A stretch of 60,540 bases of DNA, taken from an uncultured bacterium (GTDB lineage Bacteria; Verrucomicrobiota; Kiritimatiellia; RFP12; UBA1067). The stretch's first letter is position 1. Each line of letters opens with the position of its first letter. Under the pieces are notes generated by a model. The model saw only the letters and a program-made list of their open reading frames with translations. It had not been told where the DNA came from and did not search any database. The translations under genes were made by a program, and so were the position numbers. Positions 1 through 6,992 of this stretch are shown here, one piece after another. The stretch spans positions 1 through 60,540 of the forward strand of contig CADCBS010000004.1 in NCBI GenBank assembly GCA_902799715.1, read 5' to 3'.

Positions 1-2
1 GT

Positions 3-81
3 CTTGCAAAAGTTTGCAATCACTTCTGCAAATTGCGTTCACCTGTGCAAACTTGCGTTTACCTTTTCAAACTTGCGTTTA
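3..81 (+). repeat. Four tandem ~20-bp direct repeats with core TGCAAA-N-TTGCGTT. Candidate operator/iteron-like array upstream of the GH97 promoter; it may continue beyond the window edge.
   Basis: Read directly: cttgcaaaagtttgcaatca (3-22), cttctgcaaattgcgttca (23-41), cctgtgcaaacttgcgttta (42-61), ccttttcaaacttgcgttta (62-81). Confidence 0.7.
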
Positions 82-122
82 GTTTTGCGGACGGCACGCC
101 GCCGCGCAAGCGGTTTTTGGCG

Positions 123-203
123 GATTTCTAAAATTTTTTCCGTTAAAATGTCAAATTTCGCAAATGTTTGGCATTGAATCGAACCGCCACGGTAGTATAA
201 ACT
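123..203 (+). promoter_or_regulatory. AT-rich promoter cassette: upstream module GATTTCTAAAA...TGTCAAATTTCGCAAATGTTTGG, -35 TTGAAT (174-179), 18-nt spacer, -10 TAAACT (198-203).
   Basis: Sigma70-like hexamers in an AT-rich island of a GC-rich genome. Near-identical cassette with the same 51-nt offset at 6268-6348. Confidence 0.55.
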
Positions 204-295
204 ATCGGTTGTGCATGGGAAGACATGAACTGAAAACCAGGATAAAGACTGACTCTATGGCTACGGAAAACGCTTTTTACGGAAAGCCGCGTGCG

Positions 296-2398
296 ATGGA
301 TGCGCATGTACGGCTTGACGAAGAGAACGGCGCCGCGCCGGCGCGCCGGTTTTTGCAGCGCACTGCGGAAAACCGCCTGAAGGGCCTGTCGTGCGTCCTC
401 GCCGCCGCGCTGGCGCTCTCCGCCCCGGCGCAGGCGCAGGGCGGATCCTACAGCGCCGTTTCGCCCGACGGGCTGAACGAGGTGCGGTTGGATGTCGGCA
501 AGGACGGCATGCAGTATTCCGTCTGGCGGCGCGGAAAGGCGATCGTCGAACCTGCCGGCATCGCGCTCAAAGCCGGCGTTTCATGGCTGAACGGACGCGA
601 CACGGGCAGGCCGGGCGCGAAAACGGAATCCACCGCCCGCAAAGTGGAAGGTACGCTCGCGACGCCGATCTACAAGAAGTCCGCGATCGACCTCGCGGCG
701 AACGAGACCAAGGTCGATTTCGGCGGCTGGGCGGTGCGGCTCCACGCGCGCAACGACGGCGTCGCCTGGCGTTTCGAGACGGAGTTCGACGCGCCTTCGA
801 TGCTCGTCGCCGCGGAATCGACTGCGGTCCGCTTTCCGAAAGGCACGGAGCTTTGCTACACGGTCGCGCCCGGCTTCATGTCCGGCTTCGAGAGTCCGGC
901 GAAGACCGGCCCGGTGGAGAGCGTTCCGGCCGGACACCCGCAGATCGTTATGACGCCTTTCACCGCCACCGTGCCGGGCGCCGGGGTGGTCTGCGTCACG
1001 GAATCCGATCTGCGCGGATATCCCGGGCTGAACTTCTACCGGCGCAAGGGCGAGCAGGACACGCTCCGCTCGTGGCAGGCCGGCGTCCCGAGGAATGTCG
1101 ACAAAGGACGCCGCAAGATAAAGGTCGTCAGCCGCGAGCCATATCTCGCGAAGACCGCCGCCAGGCGCGTCTTCCCGTGGCGCGTGTTCGTCCTCGCCGA
1201 TTCGCCTTCCGGCCTCGTCGCCTCGGATGCGGTCTACGCGCTCGCCGCGCCGCAATCGCAGAAGTGCGGAACGGACTTCTCCTGGGTCAGGCCGGGGAAG
1301 GTCGCGTGGGACTGGTGGAACGGCTTCAAGATCACAGACGTTCCCGGCCTGAAGACCGGATGCAATTTCGAGACCTACAAGGAATACGTGAACTTCGCCG
1401 CGGCGAACGGCATCGAATACATCATCATGGACGAAGGATGGTCCGAGAAGCTCGACCCGGAAAAGCCGCGCGCCGAGGTTGACGTCCCCGGCGTGATCGA
1501 GTACGCGAAGAAGAAGGGCGTGGGCGTGATTCTCTGGGCGGCGTGGGCGCCGCTGTACGACCGCGAGCGGCGCATCCGCGTGTTCGACCGCTACGCCGCG
1601 ATGGGCGCGAAGGGATTCAAGATCGACTTCATCGAGCGCGACGACCAGGACGCCGAACGATTCCTCGAAGAGGCCGCGGCGGACGCGGCGGCGCGGAAGC
1701 TCGTCGTCATGTACCACGGCATCCACAAGCCGGCCGGGCTTCAGCGCACTTACCCCAACATCCTGAACTTCGAGGGCGTCTACGGGCTGGAGCAGGGGCA
1801 TTCCGCCGGCGGACGGAAGGTCGTGGCGGCGAACGACGTGAACCTTGTCTACACGCGCATGGTAGCGGGCTTCATGGACTACACACCCGGCGCGATGCGC
1901 AACCGCGCGTTCGACGCGCCCCCGTTCGACAAGGCGAAAGACCCGCCGGCCTGCTACGGCACGCGCTGCCACCAGCTCGCGCTCTTCCCGATGTTCGAGG
2001 CGCCTGTGCAGATGCTCTGCGACTCTCCCACGCAATACCGCACCGCGCCCGAATGCACGGCGTTCATCGCGAAAGTCCCGACGACGTGGGACGAGACGGC
2101 CGGCGTCGCCGGCGAGATCGGCAAGTTCGCGGCCGTCGCGCGCCGGAAGGGCGGCGAATGGTGGCTCGGCGCGATAACGACATGGGATGCGCGCGAAATT
2201 GAACTCCCCACCGCGTTTCTCGACGAAGGCGAATGGAAGGTCGAAGCGTTCGAGGACGCGCCTGACGCCGCCGTGAACGCCGAACATTACGTCCGCCGCG
2301 AGTTCACGGTCAAAGCCGGCGAACCGCTCAAAGTCCGCCTCGCGCCCGGCGGCGGCTTCGCCGCGCGCTTCAAGCCCTTGAAAAAGGCAGGAAAATGA
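296..2398 (+). CDS. Glycoside hydrolase family 97 (SusB-like alpha-glucosidase/alpha-galactosidase), secreted.
   Basis: The 744-aa ORF (open from 164) has GH97-like motifs (KIDFIERDDQ, FEGVYGLEQ) and an N-terminal RRFLQ...LSCVLAAALALSAPAQA signal. The start is uncertain (215, 257 or 296). ATG 164 lies upstream of the predicted -35, and the 164-295 stretch is AT-rich and looks non-coding. Confidence 0.8.
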   Translation: MDAHVRLDEENGAAPARRFLQRTAENRLKGLSCVLAAALALSAPAQAQGGSYSAVSPDGLNEVRLDVGKDGMQYSVWRRGKAIVEPAGIALKAGVSWLNGRDTGRPGAKTESTARKVEGTLATPIYKKSAIDLAANETKVDFGGWAVRLHARNDGVAWRFETEFDAPSMLVAAESTAVRFPKGTELCYTVAPGFMSGFESPAKTGPVESVPAGHPQIVMTPFTATVPGAGVVCVTESDLRGYPGLNFYRRKGEQDTLRSWQAGVPRNVDKGRRKIKVVSREPYLAKTAARRVFPWRVFVLADSPSGLVASDAVYALAAPQSQKCGTDFSWVRPGKVAWDWWNGFKITDVPGLKTGCNFETYKEYVNFAAANGIEYIIMDEGWSEKLDPEKPRAEVDVPGVIEYAKKKGVGVILWAAWAPLYDRERRIRVFDRYAAMGAKGFKIDFIERDDQDAERFLEEAAADAAARKLVVMYHGIHKPAGLQRTYPNILNFEGVYGLEQGHSAGGRKVVAANDVNLVYTRMVAGFMDYTPGAMRNRAFDAPPFDKAKDPPACYGTRCHQLALFPMFEAPVQMLCDSPTQYRTAPECTAFIAKVPTTWDETAGVAGEIGKFAAVARRKGGEWWLGAITTWDAREIELPTAFLDEGEWKVEAFEDAPDAAVNAEHYVRREFTVKAGEPLKVRLAPGGGFAARFKPLKKAGK

Positions 2399-2627
2399 AA
2401 CCGGACCCCGTTGAAAACTTGAATTCGGCCGGCCCTGCGGTCCCGGCCGGCACGACAACGCAGGAGTAACTCAGATTGCACCGTTTTTTGCCAGCGGCAA
2501 TGCTTCCAATCTCCCCTCCGCCGGTGCCAAGGCATCCCCCTTCGCCAAGGCAGCGGATCGGGAGTTGGACATTGCCGCTGGCCTTTGAATTTGCTTCCCA
2601 GCCGACGACGCCGCGCCGGAGGACGCC

Positions 2628-4034
2628 ATGCTCCTGAATCGCCGCGAGTTCGCGAAGTCTTCGCTCGCCGCGCTGGGGTTCCTGGCCCTGCCGGGAACGC
2701 CCGTCTTCGCCGCGCCGGCCGGATGGAAGCCGGACAGGAAGCCGAATCTCGTCTTCGGGATATTGTCGGACACCCATCTGCTGGTGGGATGGGACGGCAA
2801 GTCTCCGCATCGGGACTTCCCGCTGAAATACGTCCATGCCGCGATGAAGCTCTTCAAGCGCCGCAACATCGATGCGTTCGTGCATCTCGGCGACGCGGCG
2901 CACCGCGGAGCCGTCCGCGAATGGGAGTTCCACAAGGAGTTGTTCCGGGACGTCTTCGGGAAAAGAAACACGCCCGAAACGATCGTCATCGTAGGCAACC
3001 ACGAGTATTACGGCAAAGACGCCCGCATAAAGAAGATCTGGCCCGATCCGGACAAATGGAAGGAGAACGCGATCTGCGCGGACGTCGCCCGCCACTACGA
3101 GCGCGTGTGGGGCGCGCCATACAAGGAGTTCTTCCACAAGGAGGTCAAGGGCTGCCATTTCTTCGGCCGCCACTGGACCGACGCGGAATACGACGGAACG
3201 CGCGAGGGTCCGTTCTCCGACTACATTCTCTCGAAAGCCGGCGAGTGCGCGCTCAAAGGCGCAAAGCCGTTCTTCATTCTCTCGCACAGGCGGCACCACT
3301 TCCGCTTCTGCAAGTCGCTGAAGGACTATCCGAACGCCATCGCGTTCATGGGCCACTGGCACCAGTCGAACGCCGACTGGAAAACGATCTACTGCGACCG
3401 CGACAGTTTCGGAGGATTCTTCCCGCACGTGGAGGTTGGAGCGTGCCGCTTCGACGGACACAACGGCATGTATCGTCCGCTCGAAACGGTCCAACCGGAG
3501 GATTCCGGCAGCTTCAAGGGCAGCTATATGCCGTCCCGCCAGGCGATGATCGTGAACGTGTACGACAGCATGGTCGTCTTCGAGCGCCACGAAGTCGGCC
3601 TGGGCGGCAAGCTCGGCCCCGACTGGGTTCTGCCGCTCGGCGAATACAGTCCGCATCCGTTCTCGCAGGAAGAGCTGAAGAAAACCATCGGCGAACCGCA
3701 GTTCGGCAGGAACGCCAAGCTTGCGGTGAAGAGGATAAGCTCCGCGCCTCCTCGCATCCAGGTCAGGATACCTCTCGCCGACGGCAACCCCGGTTCGCGC
3801 GTCTATGCATACGAAGTCGCCGTCACAGGGGACGATCCGGACGCGAGGCTGTGCAAAAGCGCATATTCCAAAGGTTGCAACGTCGCGCCCGGCCGCGAAC
3901 CGAACCGCGGCATCACCGAAGTGGATATTCCGGTCGCGGAGCTTCCCGCCGGAAAGAAACTCGCAATAGCCGTCCGTCCATTCAGCTCGCTCGGCACGGC
4001 CGGCCATCCCATCTCTACCGTTTTCAGAGCGTAA
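2628..4034 (+). CDS. Calcineurin-like metallophosphoesterase with a twin-arginine (Tat) signal.
   Basis: N-terminus MLLNRREFAKSSLAALGFLALPGTPVFA. Phosphoesterase motifs GILSDTHL, GDAAHRG, GNHEYY. GGAGGA SD upstream of the ATG. Confidence 0.8.
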   Translation: MLLNRREFAKSSLAALGFLALPGTPVFAAPAGWKPDRKPNLVFGILSDTHLLVGWDGKSPHRDFPLKYVHAAMKLFKRRNIDAFVHLGDAAHRGAVREWEFHKELFRDVFGKRNTPETIVIVGNHEYYGKDARIKKIWPDPDKWKENAICADVARHYERVWGAPYKEFFHKEVKGCHFFGRHWTDAEYDGTREGPFSDYILSKAGECALKGAKPFFILSHRRHHFRFCKSLKDYPNAIAFMGHWHQSNADWKTIYCDRDSFGGFFPHVEVGACRFDGHNGMYRPLETVQPEDSGSFKGSYMPSRQAMIVNVYDSMVVFERHEVGLGGKLGPDWVLPLGEYSPHPFSQEELKKTIGEPQFGRNAKLAVKRISSAPPRIQVRIPLADGNPGSRVYAYEVAVTGDDPDARLCKSAYSKGCNVAPGREPNRGITEVDIPVAELPAGKKLAIAVRPFSSLGTAGHPISTVFRA

Positions 4035-4097
4035 AGCAACCGGCAAGTCGCCGACAGCGCCGGCTTCGACGCCAAATTGCCGTTTGGCCGCGGGAAA

Positions 4098-4258
4098 TTT
4101 GCCGGGGAAATTGGCCGTGTAGAACATGTAGAATGTGCATACCGGGCATATTGGATATTGGTATTGGCTATTGGCAACATTTCCACATTGGCAACATTCA
4201 TTCTGGTAGGGCGCGTTGTCCCAACGCGCCGCGGCGGCTTGGGACAAGCCGCCCTACC
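4098..4258 (+). repeat. Composite repeat element, copy 1. It has an AT-rich head (TTGCCG..TAGAAC/TAGAAT), an ATTGGN microsatellite, 2 x 17-nt units (4170-4203) and a 54-nt REP palindrome (4205-4258).
   Basis: Direct reading. Same architecture at 4318-4511, 5826-6087 and 31358-31503. Confidence 0.85.
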
Positions 4259-4317
4259 AATCCAACGGTTCAAATGCCCCTTGCTTCAAAATAAGATTAC
4301 GGTGCGTATGATTTTGT

Positions 4318-4511
4318 TCGCCGGGGACAATTTGCCGTGTAGAACATTTAGAATGTGCGTACCAAGCATATTGGAAATTGGTATTGGTATTGGCAACATT
4401 TCCACATTGGCAACATTTCCTCATTGGCAACATTTCCACATTGGCAACATTCATCCTGGTAGGGCGCGTTGTCCCAACGCGCCGCGGCGGCTTGGGACAA
4501 GCCGCCCTACC
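4318..4511 (+). repeat. Composite repeat element, copy 2, with 4 x 17-nt units ATTGGCAACATTTCCAC (4389-4456) and a 54-nt REP palindrome (4458-4511).
   Basis: Direct reading. The REP is identical to 4205-4258. Confidence 0.85.
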
Positions 4512-4539
4512 AATCATTCCATTGTCGATGGAAAGACCA

Positions 4540-4568
4540 TTGCACCGAAGGCGAAATGATGCTACAAT
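4540..4568 (+). promoter_or_regulatory. Sigma70-type promoter: -35 TTGCAC (4540-4545), 17-nt spacer, extended -10 TGcTACAAT (4560-4568).
   Basis: Hexamers and spacing read directly. Lies between the REP hairpin and the ATPase start. Confidence 0.55.
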
Positions 4569-4612
4569 ATCGGGCATGACATTCAAGGATGTGACGATCG
4601 AGGATGACAGAT

Positions 4613-5824
4613 ATGAAAGCCAGTGACATCAGACAAGCGATCGAAGAGCAGAGGAAACTGCGCCGCGGGCGGACCGGAATGGAACGCGACGCATTGCGCG
4701 ACATCGCGTGCGAGGACGGATTCGCGACTATCGTGACCGGCGTCAGGCGCTGCGGAAAATCGACGCTGCTCGGCCAGTGGGCGGAGAAAAGCCGTGCGCG
4801 CACGGCATGCGTCAATTTCGACGACCTGCGCATGAGCGCGTTCGAGACGTCAGACTTTGCCGTGCTGGATTCCGTCGTGCGCGGACTGGGCGCGGATACG
4901 CTGGTACTCGACGAGGTGCAGGACATTCCGGAATGGGAGCGGTTTGTGACGGGATGCCTCGACGCGGGCCGCAAGGTGCTTCTCACCGGCTCCAACGCGA
5001 AGATGCTCAGCCGGGAGCTCGGGACGAAACTGACAGGCCGCCATCTGAACATGGAACTCTATCCATTCTCGTATGCCGAGTTTCTGCGCTTCACGAAAGC
5101 CGCCCCGTCCCCTGCATCGGTAGAGAAGTACGTCGGCACCGGCGGATTCCCGGCATACGTGCGGACGCGGCGCAGGGAAGTGCTGGAGGCGCTTTTCAAC
5201 GACATAATATACCGCGACATAGTCGTGCGCTACCGTCTGCGGAATCCAGTCCCGGTGCGTTCGCTCGCGGCGTATCTGCTGGGGCACGTCGGCGGCAGGG
5301 TGTCGCCGACAAGGCTCAAGGACGCGCTACATGTAAACTCGGCCACTACGCTTCTGGAATACTTCTCCTGCCTCGAAGAGACGTATCTCGTGAGGCGGCT
5401 GCCGAGGTTCGCATCGTCACCGAAGGCGCAGATGTCACATCCCAAGAAGATATACGCCTGCGACACAGGCCTGGTCTCCGCGCTGGCTCCGAGGGACGGT
5501 TCGGACAAAGGCCACAAACTGGAGAACCTTGTATATCTGAAACTTGTCCGCGACGGAGGCTCGCTTTCGTATTTCGCAGACGACGCCGGCGGGACGGAAT
5601 GCGACTTCATACAGGAAATGCGGGACGGAAAGGTGCGCGCCGTGCAGGTCTCCTGGACGCTGTCGGCGGAAAACGAAAAGCGTGAAATCAATGGCGCGAT
5701 CCGTGCGATGGAGCGCTTCGGACTTTGCGAATCGGTTTTGGTGACGCATTCGCAGTCCGATCTCGTGAATGCAGGCGGGCGCACTATAAGAGTTGTTCCC
5801 GCGCACGAATATTTGATGTCTTGA
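4613..5824 (+). CDS. AAA+ ATPase of the AAA_14/DUF4143 family (function unknown).
   Basis: Walker A GVRRCGKSTLL and Walker B LVLDEVQ, with a C-terminal region typical of DUF4143 proteins. GAGGA SD 8 nt before ATG 4613; the ORF is open from ATG 4604. Confidence 0.8.
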   Translation: MKASDIRQAIEEQRKLRRGRTGMERDALRDIACEDGFATIVTGVRRCGKSTLLGQWAEKSRARTACVNFDDLRMSAFETSDFAVLDSVVRGLGADTLVLDEVQDIPEWERFVTGCLDAGRKVLLTGSNAKMLSRELGTKLTGRHLNMELYPFSYAEFLRFTKAAPSPASVEKYVGTGGFPAYVRTRRREVLEALFNDIIYRDIVVRYRLRNPVPVRSLAAYLLGHVGGRVSPTRLKDALHVNSATTLLEYFSCLEETYLVRRLPRFASSPKAQMSHPKKIYACDTGLVSALAPRDGSDKGHKLENLVYLKLVRDGGSLSYFADDAGGTECDFIQEMRDGKVRAVQVSWTLSAENEKREINGAIRAMERFGLCESVLVTHSQSDLVNAGGRTIRVVPAHEYLMS

Positions 5825-5825
5825 A

Positions 5826-6087
5826 GGTAGGGCGCGTTGGTGCGAATGATTTAATTTGCCGGGGAAATTGATCGTGTAGAATGTGCGTACCGCGCATATT
5901 GGACATTGGTATTGGTATTGGTATTGGCAACATTTCCACATTGGCAACATTTCCTCATTGGCAACCTTTCCACATTGGCAACATTTCCACATTGGCAACC
6001 TTTCTACATTGGCAACCTTTCCACATTGGCAACATTTCCTCATTGGCAACATTCATTCTGGTAGGGCGCGTTGTCCCAACGCGCCGC
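5826..6087 (+). repeat. Composite repeat element, copy 3. It has a truncated REP (5826-5840), the AT-rich head with TAGAAT, the ATTGGN microsatellite, 8 x 17-nt units (5923-6058) and a half REP (6060-6087).
   Basis: Units counted base by base: 5923, 5940, 5957, 5974, 5991, 6008, 6025, 6042. Confidence 0.85.
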
Positions 6088-6228
6088 AGCCGACGCGGGC
6101 TGTCGGATGTCGAATGCCGGATGTCGAAACCTTCAACCACGATTTCATCATACGCACGGCAACCCCATTTTGTCCATGTTGCGGCATTTTGACGCAGTGA
6201 GATTACGGTGCGTATGAAATCAAATCAC

Positions 6229-6264
6229 GGGGGAGGGGAGGGGGATTGCGGGGGAGGGGGATTG
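6229..6264 (+). repeat. G-tract cluster (G5,G4,G5,G5,G5) including a GGGGGAGGGGGATTG duplication. Potential G-quadruplex upstream of the 6392 promoter.
   Basis: Five runs of at least 4 G within 36 nt, read directly. Confidence 0.6.
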
Positions 6265-6267
6265 TCA

Positions 6268-6348
6268 GATTTCTAAAAAGACATCGAAAAATTTGTCAGA
6301 TTTCGAAAATGTTTGATATTGAACAGGCCGGAGAAGAAGCGGTATAAT
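6268..6348 (+). promoter_or_regulatory. AT-rich promoter cassette paralogous to 123-203: -35 TTGAAC (6319-6324), 18-nt spacer, -10 TATAAT (6343-6348).
   Basis: GATTTCTAAAA and TGTCAGATTTCGAAAATGTTTGATATTGAAC align with the 123-203 copy. AAGGAT SD before ATG 6392. Confidence 0.65.
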
Positions 6349-6391
6349 ATAGCCGAATTGGAAATGCCATGCCACACCAAGGATCGAAACC

Positions 6392-6934
6392 ATGACAAGA
6401 AAAGCACACTGTCTGGGCGTCGCAACGGCGTGTCTCGCCGTCGCTATCGCCGCTGTCGCGAACCAGGCAATGGCCAGGCAGCCTGCGCCGAGGGCGGAAT
6501 CCTCGTCCAATACGCAATCCGCGCGAAAGGCGACAAGCGCCCAGCCGAAGGCAAAGACCGATGCGGGCGAGCAGACACTTGACGCCAAGTCCGCCGGAAT
6601 CATGCGCCGCATGAAAACGATACGCCTGCCGAACGTGTCGTTCGGGCCGCCGGATACGCTCATCGATGCAGTCGAATTCTTCCGCAAGGCGTCCTTCAAA
6701 TACGACAGCCCGGAACTTCCGGAGAAAGATCGCGGCTTCAGCTTCATCATGAACCTTGCCGATCCCGCCGCAGGCCTGCCGGCGCTCCCCAAGATAGCGG
6801 CGGACGACATCACGTTCTACGATGCGCTCAAACTCGTCTGCGGCAAAATCCACTACAAATTCACCGTCGAAAACGGTGTCGTGCGTCTCTACCCCGACGA
6901 CGCAGCCAAAGCCAAAAGCGCAAAGCAAAAGTGA
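6392..6934 (+). CDS. Secreted protein of unknown function. Its C-terminal ~100-aa domain is paralogous to the C-terminus of the next gene (STN/secretin-N-like by eye).
   Basis: Signal peptide MTRKAHCLGVATACLAVAIAAVANQAMA. MRRMKTIRLPNVSFGPPDTLIDAVEFFRKAS...RGFSFIM...FYDALKLVC..YKFTVENGVVRLYP matches 6993..8438 residues MRRMKAIVLPEVKFSPKTPLADAIGALRDAS...RGFSMIL...FHDALKTVC..YRFAVEENGVIVVEP. Confidence 0.7.
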   Translation: MTRKAHCLGVATACLAVAIAAVANQAMARQPAPRAESSSNTQSARKATSAQPKAKTDAGEQTLDAKSAGIMRRMKTIRLPNVSFGPPDTLIDAVEFFRKASFKYDSPELPEKDRGFSFIMNLADPAAGLPALPKIAADDITFYDALKLVCGKIHYKFTVENGVVRLYPDDAAKAKSAKQK

Positions 6935-6992
6935 ACCGGCACCGGCGGCAACGGCTTGGCCGTGGCGGACCGCCATACGGGGAGAAGAGCCT

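Noticed and set aside
164-295. ATG 164 as the GH97 start.
   Set aside because: It lies upstream of the predicted -35 (174-179). The 164-295 segment is AT-rich, unlike the rest of the gene, and would put about 90 aa in front of the signal peptide.
581-4247. Two 625-aa minus-strand ORFs (581..2458 and 2370..4247).
   Set aside because: They are antisense to the well-supported GH97 and metallophosphoesterase genes, with low-complexity Arg/Ala-rich translations. The same reasoning applies to 8357..10699(-), 13808..15700(-), 16233..17963(-), 17464..19419(-), 20361..22640(-), 39444..41366(+), 40843..43269(+), 47255..49303(-), 50387..52240(-), 54906..56879(+) and the many shorter overlapping ORFs.
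4389-4456. Sigma-54 promoter reading of TGGCAA.
   Set aside because: The -24 TGGCAC-like element is not followed by a TTGC at the required spacing. The next element after 5 nt is CCACA.
5923-6058. Possible CRISPR array.
   Set aside because: The 17-nt units are directly abutting with no spacers, they are far shorter than CRISPR repeats, and no cas genes are present.
4077-6200. ORFs translating the repeat elements (4077..4559, 4254..4586, 4378..4626, 5881..6192, 5883..6200, 5435..6052).
   Set aside because: The peptides (GNISTLATF / HWQHFHIGN / CCQCGNVAN) are the same 17-nt DNA unit read in rotating frames. A unit length that is not a multiple of 3, together with variable copy number, argues against coding.
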